A stretch of 64,000 bases of DNA from Octopus sinensis (taxonomy: Eukaryota), in NCBI RefSeq assembly GCF_006345805.1, contig NC_042997.1:110112001-110176000 (forward strand). The letters run 5' to 3'. The first letter of the stretch is position 1; each line of letters opens with the position of its first letter. Below are positions 26,526 to 39,626 of the stretch, piece after piece. A program made the translations under genes and the position numbers. The notes below the pieces were generated by a model that saw nothing but the letters and a program-made list of their open reading frames with translations, had not been told where the DNA came from and did not search any database.

Positions 26526-26625
26526 NNNNNNNNNNNNNNNNNNNNNNNNNNNNNNNNNNNNNNNNNNNNNNNNNNNNNNNNNNNNNNNNNNNNNNNNNNN
26601 NNNNNNNNNNNNNNNNNNNNNNNNN
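26526..26625. other. Assembly gap (100 N)
   Basis: Run of N. Confidence 1.
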
Positions 26626-26790
26626 TTTTCCCCTCTTTTTTTTATCTTCCTCTTTTTTTTCGAAAAGAAAAGCTCTACATTGTATTTGTCCCCTCTGTGT
26701 TCGGCCGTGTGTGGCTAATAAAGAAAGATAGCTATCTATCTATCCATCTGTCTGCCTGTCTAATTATCTGTCTGTTTGTCCTTCCATCCG

Positions 26791-26863
<73 letters not shown>

Positions 26864-26903
26864 TCTATCTATCTGTCTGTCCGTCCGACTATCTCTCATT
26901 CTT

Positions 26904-26946
<43 letters not shown>

Positions 26947-27087
26947 CTACCTATCTATCTATCTATCTATCTCTGCCTGTCTGCCTGTCCCTATATATAT
27001 TCTTGTTTGTAAGCGTTTGTGTGTGAGTGCGTGTATGCCTGTTATATACGGACACATAGATGCAGAGACACACGTGAATGTGCTAGA

Positions 27088-27123
<36 letters not shown>

Positions 27124-27679
27124 GAAAGAGGGAGAAAAGAAAAATGAAGGAAATATTTACATTTGATAATTTATCATTAAAGAAAGGAAAATTATGTGCG
27201 TTTTGATTTGTACAACATACACACCTCTCACACGCATGCGCACTCATATACACTCTCCGTTTAATTCATTTTTGTATATATATACATGCCAATATTATGA
27301 ACGTGAACATTTTTGAGAGTAGTGGGGGTGGGAAAAGAAAGAGAGAGAGAGAGAGAGAAAATGAATGCATGTTTGCAAATATGCACATATGAGAATGTAT
27401 ATGTGTGTATGTGTATGCGTACGTGTATATATATGCGTATGTGTATGTGTGTGTGTGTATGTGTATGAGAGAGAGAGAGAGAGAAGAAGAGAGAGGAGAG
27501 TGCTTGAGTTTGTGTGGTGAATGTATAAATATCTTGCATATAGTTGTGATGTGTGTAGAATATTAAGCATGATGTGGTGTGCTGAAGGAAGTGGAGAGGG
27601 TGGAAGAAGAAGTGGAGGGAGGAGAAGGTGAAATAGTGGTGATAGTAGCAGTAGGCGTAGTAGTAGTAGTAGTAGTAGC

Positions 27680-27719
<40 letters not shown>

Positions 27720-27819
27720 AATTAGTGGATAGCGAACTTATTTACTTGTGTGCTTGTGTAGGGGTTCCTGCATGTATATACATCTCTACGTATTTAGATT
27801 CTTGTGCCGGTGGTTGAAT

Positions 27820-27895
<76 letters not shown>

Positions 27896-28266
27896 AAGAA
27901 GAATGGCAGTGTGTGTAATGTGTGAATGCATGTGTATCTGGGATAGGACGAAAAACGTGTTTCTGTGTCTGAACATAAAACTATGAGTGTATGCGAAAGA
28001 CATAGAATCTAGTAAAGACCATATGAATACGTTAGGGTATAAACCATAATATTTGTTTGTATATCTATGCAGAGAGCCTGAAGTTTGCTTGGAGACACTA
28101 GGTGTGTTATTTAAAGCTGCCTAGAAAATGTCTCCAATGTATGAAACTGTTAGTAGCTCATAGCTATACAATGTGCTCATTAAACAATATTTATTTCTCA
28201 CTGGATGGAGTACATTTTTTGTGGATCTTGCCCTAACGGAGAAAGTAAACTATGTAGATGTGTATG

Positions 28267-28303
<37 letters not shown>

Positions 28304-28579
28304 TTATTTCTCTCTTCTTCTTTCTTTTCTCTCTTTTCCATTCACACTCCTTACAGATACAAAGGCACACACACACACACACACTCATGCACTCTATCCC
28401 ACTTTCTCCCCATTCCTCACCATCTTTTACTATCCTATATCTCTCTCCACCCCTACACACTCAATAATACTATAAAAAGAGACGAATCTCCTAAAAAAAT
28501 TCAAATCTGAAGAATCCACTAGAGTAGATGCAAGCGCTAATATATGATTTATAAAAATATGTGACATATTAATAAATAT

Positions 28580-28783
28580 GAGTTCGATTCCCAGCGACGC
28601 GTTATTTCACGTTGCTCCAGTCCACTCAGCTGGCAAAAATGAGTTGTACCTGTATTTACAAAGGGGGCAGCCTCGTCACATTCTGAATCTCTCTGAGAAT
28701 TACGTTGAGGGTACGTTTGAAGGCGGTACCCCAGCATGGCCACAGTCTAATGACTGAAATAAGTAAAAGATTAAAGATTAAAG
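28580..28783 (+). mobile_element. SINE with CORE-like body and family A/LINE-type tail
   Basis: GAGTTCGATTCC B-box, GTTGCTCCAGTCCACTCAGCTG body (as in family B), tail GGCGGTACCCCAGCATGGCCACAGTCTAATGACTGAAATAAGTAAAAGA. Confidence 0.75.
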
Positions 28784-29102
28784 AATGTGTCTTGTATGCC
28801 ATCAAACACAGTTCCTGACGTACGACGGTTGAAACCAGCGCTGACCTTGGGCTAAAGAACAGTGGTAACTATCATACGGAAATATAGAACGGTTGGTGGA
28901 AGTATAACATGCACAGACTGCCATACTTCGTCTCTAATATGTCTGATCATTGATTATAGAAATATCCAATATATTTCTTAATTAAACAGAGACATGATTT
29001 AAACAAGGAAGTCGTGTGTGTGTGTGTGTGTGTGACTAGTTTAGTTCATTGACAACAATCCAGTATCAAACACCAGATGTTACTGTCGATAATATAATGA
29101 TG

Positions 29103-29388
29103 AAGGCGATGAGCTGGCAGAATCGTTAGCACGCTTGACAAGATGCTTAGCAACATATCTTCCGACTTCAACGTTCTTAGTTCAAATGCCGTCGAGGTCG
29201 ATGTTACATTTCGTCCTTTCGGAGCCGATAAAATAAGTACCACTTGATCACTGGGCGGTGGAAGGGGGGGATCTATGTAATCGACTAAACCCTTTCCCTC
29301 AAATCTTCTGGCCTTGTGCTCAACGTTGTGAGTTCAAATTCCTCCCCCACCAGGAATTGCTGGCCCTGTACCAAAATTTGAAACTAAT
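29103..29388 (+). mobile_element. SINE family C with partial 3' duplication
   Basis: GGCGATGAGCTGGCAGAATCGTTAGCACG head; 3' module ctggccttgtgc/ctggccctgtac appears twice. Confidence 0.75.
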
Positions 29389-29556
29389 TCTGAGGTGTTT
29401 TAAAAAAAAAATTTTTTTTTTATAAGACTCTTCTTGAAGTATCTTCTTCCTTTCACTCAGTTTGTTACATTCAGTAAAAGACCAACTGGGTTTCATGGCG
29501 GATGGAAACTCAAGTAGGGTCACAAAAGTGAATTAACAGCAACAACAGCAACAACA

Positions 29557-29955
29557 GGAGGCGCAATGGCCCAGTGGTTAGGGCAGCGGACTCGCGGTCG
29601 GAGGATTGCGGTTTCGAATTGCAGACCGGGCGTTGTGTGTGTTTATTGAGCGAAAACGCCTAAAGCTCCACGAGGCTCCGGCAGGGGGTGGTGGAGACTC
29701 CTGTTATACTCTTTCGCCCCAAATTTCTCTCACTCTTTCTTCCTGTTTCTCGTCCCCGACTTCCTACGCAACCGCTGAGCCTGGCTGCGCATTCCTCCAT
29801 CCGTCGATGCTCTCGGTATCGGGGGATTGACCGGCTTTCTCTTCTGCGGGTCTTACGAATTGCAAAGGACCACGTTTCGGACTTCTCCCACTACACTGAG
29901 GCGCGATCTTGCGCGCTCTGGGGCGAAGACCGCTTCGCTCAACAAACAAACAAAC
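29557..29955 (+). mobile_element. GC-rich tRNA-derived SINE, family D
   Basis: GGCGCAATGGCCCAGTGGTTAGGGCAGCGGAC head, GTTTCGAAT B-box variant, CpG-rich body, (AAAC)n tail; lies within CAA/CAG repeats. Confidence 0.75.
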
Positions 29956-30011
29956 AAGCAGCAAAAACAGAAGCAGCAGCAACAACAACAAGCAGCAGCA
30001 GCAGCAGCAGC

Positions 30012-30058
<47 letters not shown>

Positions 30059-30559
30059 GCACAAGCGATAAACAAAGGAATCTATTGCAAAGCTGTAGGG
30101 ATCACAGGCAATATCTTCTCTAAACTTCGATCCTGCTTTTGACCTTATTTTTCTAGTTTTTAATTAATTTAATATTTCTCGGTTTCTTTCTTACCTCTTC
30201 CTTCTCCTCCTCCTCGTCGTCGTCCTCCTCCTCCTCCATCCCCTAATCTAATTGTATTTTGTTGTTTTTAATGCTGTTTTTGTTGCTATTGTAGCAGTTA
30301 CTGTAATTGCTATTATTTTTGTTGTTGCTGTTGTTGTTGTTGGTGGTGTATTGTGTATTGAGTAGTAATAACAACATTGTTGCTATTGTTGTAGTTGATT
30401 CAACGCAACTGTATACAGTTTTATTTTTTTTTCTTCTTTTTCGCCTCCAATTAGCTGGTCGAGTAATGGCGTAATTAACATGGCACCAATCAGGAGTTCC
30501 AGTGTTTGTAACAGGGAAAAAGGTTTGCGAGAAAAAATAGGAAAATTGAAATAAATATA

Positions 30560-30913
30560 TAGAAACATAGACAGACAGATAGACCGATGGCTAGCTAGAT
30601 AGATAGCTAGATATATTTAAAGACAGACAGAGAGATAGACAGACCGATAGATAGATAAACAGATACATAGCTGTGTAGACAGATAGATAGATAGATAGAT
30701 ACATAGATAGATGAGATAGATAGGTAAATAAATAGATAGATATATGTATTTATAAAGAGACAAGCGGACAGATAGAGATAGAGAGAGACAGACAAAGAGA
30801 TAGAAATAAATATATATACAGATAGATAGATTGATAAATAGATAGATATATAAACAGATATATAGATGTATAGACAGATAGATACATAAATAGATAGATA
30901 GATATATAGATAT

Positions 30914-30966
<53 letters not shown>

Positions 30967-31130
30967 AGATATGTAAATAACTAGATAGATATATGTATTT
31001 ATAAAGAGACAAGTGGACAGATAGAGATAGAGAGACAGACAAAGAGATAGAAAAAGATGCATAAATAGATATACAGATAGATAGATTGGTAAATAGATAA
31101 ATAGATAGTTTGATAGAGAGACAGATTAAT
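30560..31130. repeat. (GATA)n-rich array
   Basis: Degenerate TAGA tetranucleotide repeats with an internal longer-period duplication. Confidence 0.9.
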
Positions 31131-32195
31131 AGATAGGCAGATGGGAAGAGAGAAAAGGAGGCAGATAGAGAGACAGATGGCTAAAGAGATAGATAAATAA
31201 ATGGATTGAGAAAGAGAAAATGAGAAAAGGGAGAATTGTGAAAATGGGATGAAGAGGAGGAAGTTATGGAGTTAATATGTTTGACGTCAATAAATTAATG
31301 TTGTTATTTGTTGTCATGTTTAATTATAATGTTGTGATATTTGAGTGGCTGTGTATTGGAGGGGAAGGAAGAGGTGAAGTGTGAAAGGGAGAAGGATAGA
31401 GAAAAAGATAAAGTAAGAGGATGTGAAAGACAGATCAGTAAATAGATAGATGGATAGATAAATTGATAGATTGATACATAGAAGGATATAAATAGCTATA
31501 GAAATAGATAGATAGATAGATAGGGTGCTTCTCAGTAAGCAGTAAAATATATTTGATGAAAAAAGAATAGATGTAGTTGATGAGAATGGATGGAGAGATG
31601 ACGATAGAAGTGGGAGTGGGACCAAGTGGGTAAAAGAGGGACAGAGATAGAGAGGGAAATGTGGGGGAGAAATACTAAGAGAGTGTAAGAGAAGGTAGAA
31701 AAAGTATAAAACGAGAGAGAGGGGGAGAGAGAGGAAGTGTGTAAAAGAAAAAGTATTGGAGAAAGTCAAGGGAGCTGAGATGAGGAGATTGTTAAGATTA
31801 CGATGATGTTAATGATGCTGAAGATGACGACGACGACGTTGAAGCCTGATGATAATAATGATGATATTAATATTGTGATGCGGACGATAATGATGATGGT
31901 GATGGTGGTGATGTTGATGAATGAGGAGAAAAAAAAGTGGCTGTAAAAAGAAAGATAGTTGCACAAGTTTATGATGTGATGTAAAGCGATACTATGCGCA
32001 TGCGTCAGATTGCATGTAATATAAACTGGGCAGATCTGATAGGCGCGTAGTAATTTCAAAGAGGTTATAAGGTTAGCCGTAACAAATGTAGTTCTGTTCT
32101 AAATGTATGGAAGACGTTAATTGCATGGGGAAAGCTTTTGAACGAATCTAGCTCTAACTGGATACTATCTCTTTACAGAAAATTGTTTCAGCATT

Positions 32196-32231
<36 letters not shown>

Positions 32232-32239
32232 ATATATAT

Positions 32240-32316
<77 letters not shown>

Positions 32317-32622
32317 ATATATATAGATATATATGTGTGTGTGTGTGTGGTGTGGTGTGTATACGTATGTATATGTATGTATGTATATAAGCAAAGACTG
32401 AAGTTTTTGGCATTAGTTTATATTCTGTAGTTACGTTCGTTTCAATACAACATGGAAAATATATTTCATGAGCATAAATATTAGTATTAATAACAAACTA
32501 AATAGGATGAATTCGTAATGTCATAATATTTATGCATACATTATTTAGTTCCATGTGCATGTCATCACATAAAGTCTCGTAAATAATACTCTTAACTCGT
32601 GCGATGTACAAGGTTCGTTAGA

Positions 32623-32663
<41 letters not shown>

Positions 32664-33049
32664 AGAAAGAGAGGGGGAAGAGAGATAAAAAGAGAGAATG
32701 AGAAAGAGTGAGAAAAGTGAGAGAGAGATACACGAAATGCACATGGTACTTAATGTATGTATATATATATATATACATATATATTATGACATTATATATT
32801 CATTATATTCATATTATTATTATTCATATTATTATGTTAATATCTATGTTCATGAAATGTATTTCCCATGTTATATGGAAACAGCTGTAACTACAGATTT
32901 AAAAATGATCCTACGAATTCAAGTTTTTGTTCTCATATATCCTCACTCTGCGATTGATATACATGTCGGAGGTTAAGCTTAAGCTGTAGCTGGGACGAAC
33001 TGTAGTTGGATTTGTGTGAAAAATCCTAATTATTAAATGTTAGTCTTAA

Positions 33050-33132
33050 TTCACCTGAAGAAAATGTTAGTTTTATATGATGTAATTATTTTGTTCATCT
33101 ATAAACAACACGTCTGAAACAGCTGTAGTGAA
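33050..33132 (+). ncRNA. Type I hammerhead motif with long, partly decayed stem II
   Basis: TTCAC-CTGAAGA-[54 nt imperfect hairpin]-GAAA-CAGCTG-T-A-GTGAA: perfect 5-bp stem I, intact core, ACAGCTGT palindrome. Confidence 0.7.
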
Positions 33133-33237
33133 TCTCAGCCCATGTAGTATTGTTTACATATACACAAACACGCGCGCGCGCATACACAGACGCGCACACA
33201 CACATAAACACACGAATGTTTTGCGTATATATATATC

Positions 33238-33269
<32 letters not shown>

Positions 33270-33305
33270 AAAATCCATTTGCCAACGTAAATTGGCGTCC
33301 CTAGT

Positions 33306-33472
33306 TAGGACGATGTTACTACCTTTTTTAGCCCCAAGAAAACATCTCCACCAGCTGGCAACTGACGCACAACTGCATCCTTATACCCCGAACAAAGGAG
33401 CTAATGTCCCCAGACTGAGTGGGGACATTAGCTCCTGGTTCTGGGGCTAAAAAAGGCAGTAACATCGCCCTG
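33306..33472. mobile_element. Small palindromic MITE-like element
   Basis: 29-bp terminal inverted repeat (33308-33336 / 33442-33470, 2 mismatches) enclosing a perfect 17-bp hairpin (33396-33412 / 33420-33436). Confidence 0.7.
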
Positions 33473-33552
33473 ACCTGAACTACCAATTTATGTAGGTAAA
33501 AAGATTTTACTGTGTAGTACTGTTACTACTTCTCGATCAGAGATTTCAAAAC

Positions 33553-33900
33553 TACCGTATTTGATAGCCTATAAGACGCACGAGTGCATAGGACGCACCC
33601 TAGCCTCAGCTATACTTTAGTAAAATAAATTACCACTAAAATAATGTTTTAATTCCTCCACTTACCTGTGTAAATTTATGTTATTACCAGTAATTATAAA
33701 CAATTTATTGCATTCACATTCGACATAAGCATACGGTAAACTAGGCTAGCAGGCTACACCTACGTGATCTCTGATGTATATCTTCGGCCAACAGTCGCGA
33801 GTTTTGACTCTATTTTGAGTGCATTAAACGCAGGGGTGGGGGTTCAAAAGCCATTTTTGGGTAAAAAAATGGTGCATCTTATAGGCCATCAAATATGGTA
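33553..33900. mobile_element. pogo/Tigger-like MITE
   Basis: TA-CCGTATTTGATAGCCTATAAGACGCAC ... GTGCATCTTATAGGCCATCAAATATGG-TA; 27-bp TIRs with 3 mismatches and TA flanks. Confidence 0.85.
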
Positions 33901-34841
33901 ATTATTTTCCTCTTACACACACATACACATACACACACATGTAGTTCAAATTTACAGAAATCAAAACATGAAGACAGGTGTATTATATGTCTGGCGCAGA
34001 AACAAATGTTGTAATTTGCAATTAAAGCCTGTTTTAACCATCTTCGTGTTCAATAAATTTTTATATCAACTCAAAACAATAGCAGAGCTCCATATGTTTA
34101 TCCAACCTTGAAAAAAATCTTGCTGTAAGATGGCATGTGGTAGCCGATAACAGCATAGAAGCTTTTAAATACACATTATTAGGTTATTACCCAGATTATA
34201 TTGTGTGTGTGTGTGAGACGTACACGTGACAATTTCTGAATGTTGGTTTATTTCGTTTTATGGCAGTACTTATTTAATGTGCCCTCTTGGCAATTGCTTA
34301 AAATTGTTTCTTAAGAGAATAAAAATAAAAAGAAAGAAAAAGAAATAATTTAATCCAAAATTTTTGTGTGAAACTTGGTCAAAAATCTATGTTTTGTGGC
34401 ATTACAGATAAGAAAGGGTAAAAGAATGGAAAGAGAGAAAGGAGAGAAAAGGACCCAAAGAAATCCAAAACGAATAAGAAAAACTTCTATTAAAGTTTCC
34501 TTGCCATAGATTTTTTCCTGTTTTTAAAATTAAGAAATCTTATTGTACTGGCCTCAGGGAGCGCTTGGCTGTGTGTTTATGTCTTGTAGAGACAACTGCG
34601 CGCGCGCGCGTGTATGCGCATACGTATATACATACATCCGTGCGTGTGTATGTTGATATACAGATATGCATGCAGACATATTTGTGTACATATATATATG
34701 TTGATATACAGATATGCATGCAGACATATTTGTATACATATATCTAGATATGCGCATAAACACACTCACGCACACACATGTGTGAGTGTGAATGTATGTA
34801 TACCATACATATATATCTATCTATCTATCTATATATATATA

Positions 34842-34883
<42 letters not shown>

Positions 34884-34901
34884 ATATATAATATATATAT
34901 C

Positions 34902-34933
<32 letters not shown>

Positions 34934-35409
34934 GATATGTATGTATCTATGTATGTGTATATATATATAATATATTATATGTATATAAATATATATGTAT
35001 ATATATATATGTATATATATGTTGTGTATTTATATGTATATATATGTGTATTTATATATATACATATATCTACATACACACATATATAATATATATATAT
35101 ACATGATATATATTTGTATATGTTAGTGCGTCTTTATGTATGTGTGAATATGTGTACCTTCATCCCGTGTATGACTATGTCTTCGTGCGAGTGTGTATGT
35201 TACTGGGATAGTCGGTGAATGCCCGAGGCCGGAATACTCCCCCTCCATCCCCCCACACAGTCACACTGTAAAATCTGTTTACTAAGGCATCTGCGAAGAC
35301 GGAGATGTTCTTCCACAACAACGCTAGCAAAGTCTCCAACTTAGCTCAAATGTTCTCGGGCGAAAAATTAAACGAATCGCTATTCTTAATATAATTTTGC
35401 GTGTCGAAA

Positions 35410-35465
<56 letters not shown>

Positions 35466-35912
35466 TCCCCACCACCACCACCACCACCACCTTTTTCTTT
35501 CTGTTATTGTTGCTATTCGTGACGATGTTAATTTTTAAATTTTATTTTAAAACAACAATCACAAACAGAACAAGAGGACAAAAAAAAAAAAACCAAGGAA
35601 GATATTTAATAATCAAAATTTCAGATTTGAGAAGCAAAACAAAAAAGACCCCCAAAAACTACAGTTAAATACAAATAAAAAAATAGGTATTTGTTACTCT
35701 GTAGACTTTAAGAATGTGTTAGCATTGTTTACCACTTGTGTCTAATTAAAATATAAAGTTACAATGAAATGTTATTCTCATTCACACAATTTTAGTTTGG
35801 AGTTGGCAAAAACTATGTGTTATAGTTTTAACTGTTGGAATGTTTACACACACACATACACAACCATATGCATCTATATATATATATATATATAATATAT
35901 ATATATATATAT

Positions 35913-35943
<31 letters not shown>

Positions 35944-36029
35944 CGTATATATATATGTATATATATATATACATCAACATACATACATACATACATACAT
36001 ACACTACATACATTACTATACATATAGTC

Positions 36030-36245
36030 TTTTACACTTTTACTTGTTCAGTCATTTGACTGCGGCCATGCTGGAGCACCGCCTTTCGTCGAGCAAATCG
36101 ACCCCAGGACTTATTCTTTATAAGCCTAGTACTTATTCTATCGGTCTCTTTTGCCGAACCGCTAAGTTACGGGGACGTAAACACACCAGAATCGGTTGTC
36201 AAGCGATGTTGGGAGACAAGCACAGACACACAAACATATACACAC
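36030..36245 (-). mobile_element. SINE family A, 3' half
   Basis: Tail and 3' body match; head lost at (TA)n. Confidence 0.85.
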
Positions 36246-36265
36246 ATTAATATATATATATGTTA

Positions 36266-36305
<40 letters not shown>

Positions 36306-36313
36306 TAATGCTT

Positions 36314-37345
36314 GTTTTATTCTTTTATATGTTTCAGTCCAATGACTGTGGCCATTCTGGAGCACCGCCATTGTGATCATCTTTCCACTTTCCAACTTTG
36401 TCGGAACGGCTTTTGGGGAAGGGTAGAGTTCGATGTTACTGCCCTCTTTTGAGTTTCCTGCCTAGATATTGGCCCATCCGGGATCTCGGCGAGCCAGACG
36501 TCAAGTTTACGTTTGAAAAAATCTACACCCATTCCATGGATGCTCCTCAGATGCTTCGGCAGACAATTAAACAGCTGTGGGCCCCTGAAACCCAAGCTTT
36601 TGCAGTACATCGTCCTTGCCCATGATGAAGCAGTTGGCGCAGTGGGGACAGCACAGTGACGTCATGTTCGTGGTCTGGTATAGCTCTTTATTCCAAAGTT
36701 TGGTACCAGTCCTTCCAATATCTTCCATATATATATCACTGCATACCTCTCCTGCCTTTGTTCCAGGGAACAGAGTCGTAGCTCTTTCAATCTGTCCCAG
36801 TTGCTCAGTCGCTCCATTGATGCAATTTTCTTTGTGTAATGTCGATGGACTGCTTCAAACTCTGCTATCGTCCTTGTAGTATAAGGCGACCATAGATGAG
36901 AGCAGTAGTCCAGTCGGCTGAGGATAAATGACTTCCATAGTGTCATCATAGTTTCTTGGTTCATTGTCTGGAAGGTTCTCAGGACCCAACAAGCCAGTCT
37001 TCTGGATACTGCTACCATTTTGTTGAAATGTGTGTGAAATGAGGCATTGTTGCTCATTTCTATTCCAAGATCCCGCAGTGCATTTGATTCTGGGATCGTT
37101 GCTCCACTTGGTCCAACGTACTGATGTCATGATTCCTGAGCAGTGCTTAACTGGTAGCAGAGGGCCCGGAATTTACTTACATTAAATTGCATGTCGTTAT
37201 CCTCAGCCCATGTATAGATAGCATCTACATCTTTCTGTAAGAGCGTAGCATCAGAGGTTTCCTTGACTTTTGTGTCGTCGGCATACCTGGTAAGCATGAG
37301 TGCCTCTGTCATTGATGGCATATCCGATAGGGCTACCATGAACAT
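36314..37345 (-). mobile_element. CR1/L2-group LINE 3' fragment (copy a)
   Basis: YADDTK, SRLDYCSHLWSP, RLKELRLCSLEQRQERY, SLGFRGPQLFNCLP..FKRKLD in shifted frames; native 3' tail at 36314-36370. Confidence 0.88.
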
Positions 37346-37513
37346 TATGAAAAAAAAACCAATTTTTCATTAATATGAGGGCTTATAGTATTGTAAAGGC
37401 CAAGTTTATTCTGAAACAATATTGTTGAGAGTAACTTCGAAGTTTCAGCCATTTAAGCCATCATATATAATATATATATCTATATATATATATATATATA
37501 TGTTTATGTATAT

Positions 37514-38190
37514 TTATCTTTTATGCATTTCCGCCAATATGATACGACCATGCTGGAGTACCACTGCGACTGTACATTCTTTCCATAGCTTTCTTATGTG
37601 GTCGATTTCTTCTGGCTGATGGCATTCCATATCACCATTCTTCTATGTGCTTTTTTTTTCTTGGTTGTTGGCTCATTTGGAGTATGAGGCTAATTGATGA
37701 GTGCTGTCCTGTCTTTACTTCTTGCCGGGGCATTGGTTCATCTGGTACTGTGGACAGGAGACTAGTCAATTTCTTTTTGAAGGCATCCACATCGTATAGG
37801 TTTCTTAATTCTTTTGCCAGAGATTTGAAGAGCTGTGGGCCTTTGAACATTAAGCTACTTGGTCCTCACTTTGGATGGAGTGGACAGTAAGTCTGACACT
37901 AAGCAGTGCCGTCCAGTAAGGGGCAATTCTATAGATCTTGATGTCGAAGTGAAGAACTAGCTTTCCCAGGATTTTATACATGTCAGTTACTACATGTCAC
38001 TCGCGTCTTTGTTCCATGGAGTAAAGTACTAATTTTCGGCCTCCCCATTTGTTGTTGCACTGAGCAATCTTTTTAGTTTGGATCGCTTCGAGCTGCCTTT
38101 CTGTGACGTCAGAGAGGTGGATCTTCAGTTTACTGCCTCTGTCTTCTCGCGCCTTTATGGATTTCTGGAATTCTAGGTACCGTCCACATT
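37514..38190 (-). mobile_element. CR1/L2-group LINE 3' fragment (copy b, more diverged)
   Basis: LYSMEQRRE and FKGPQLFKSL..FKKKLTSLLSTVPDEP; tail motif at 37514-37567. Confidence 0.8.
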
Positions 38191-38998
38191 ATTTATGAAC
38201 ACGACTGGCTCTGAAAGACTTTAGCTGTTGTTTAACTTCAGTCAGTCATTCCTTAACTGTTATATCCTCTGGCATATTCAGGCCACTATAACATTCAACG
38301 TGGCCATCCGTTTTAAGAGACTATGCAGTAATTTAAGGAGCATCTGACTGCTGTTTCTAGCATATTAAAACACCTAATAAAGGCTCCCTATTTTGCATGC
38401 TGTAATCCAGGAGATATATTGTTAACTAGCTGCATCCTCTCACGTGGAATTAAGACTATCGCTGAGGCCCGTTGAGTCATCCATCATGTGCACACACGCA
38501 TGCGTAAACACAAACGCTTACACATACACAACACAGACTTATTACACACACACACATACACGCAAACACACACGCGCGTCGCTCACACACACACGGTCAC
38601 ACGCAACACGTTACATTACTGATAGACATTACATATATAGTTATATTTCAAACAAATGCAGACTCTCTCTCTCTCCCCTTCCACACACACACACACACGC
38701 AGACACATACACACACGCACACACACATATATATATATACACACATAAACACAGACATTATAAATGTACATACATATTCATACACACATAACTGCAGCAC
38801 ATCCAACACTAAGCTGTTTTTACGTGTGCACACATACACACACACTTAAACACACACACATGCACACACGCACACAAACGCCCGTATGCATGCATAACAT
38901 CATACATACATCAACACACACAACAAAGACACATTACATATATACATACACATGCATAAAAGTATTATACATAAATATATACTGTCGCACATCCATAA

Positions 38999-39033
<35 letters not shown>

Positions 39034-39265
39034 CACACACGGATGCATGTTCGTCTTTATAGTGTTTCTTCAGTAAACAGTGTGGACATACAATGCATTT
39101 GAAATTAATGAACAATACACAATTTACAACGAAACATACACATATACCGTTTCACACTGGCTCACACACACACACACACACACACCCGCAAACATAATAT
39201 GCCTTTATACACACACATTTACAGACACTCATTGTATATGTGTATCTATATACAGCTTCAAATAT

Positions 39266-39310
<45 letters not shown>

Positions 39311-39468
39311 ACCACATACACATACACATACACATACACGTACACATATACATATACATATATACATATTCATATATACATATATATACATACACACACA
39401 CACACACACCTATCATATTATGTATGTATGTATGTATATATACTATATATATAATATATATATATCAT

Positions 39469-39509
<41 letters not shown>

Positions 39510-39594
39510 CATACATATATATGTATGTATGTGTGTATATGTATATATATATATATGTGTGTGTGGTGTGTGGTATATATATATGTATATATGA

Positions 39595-39626
<32 letters not shown>

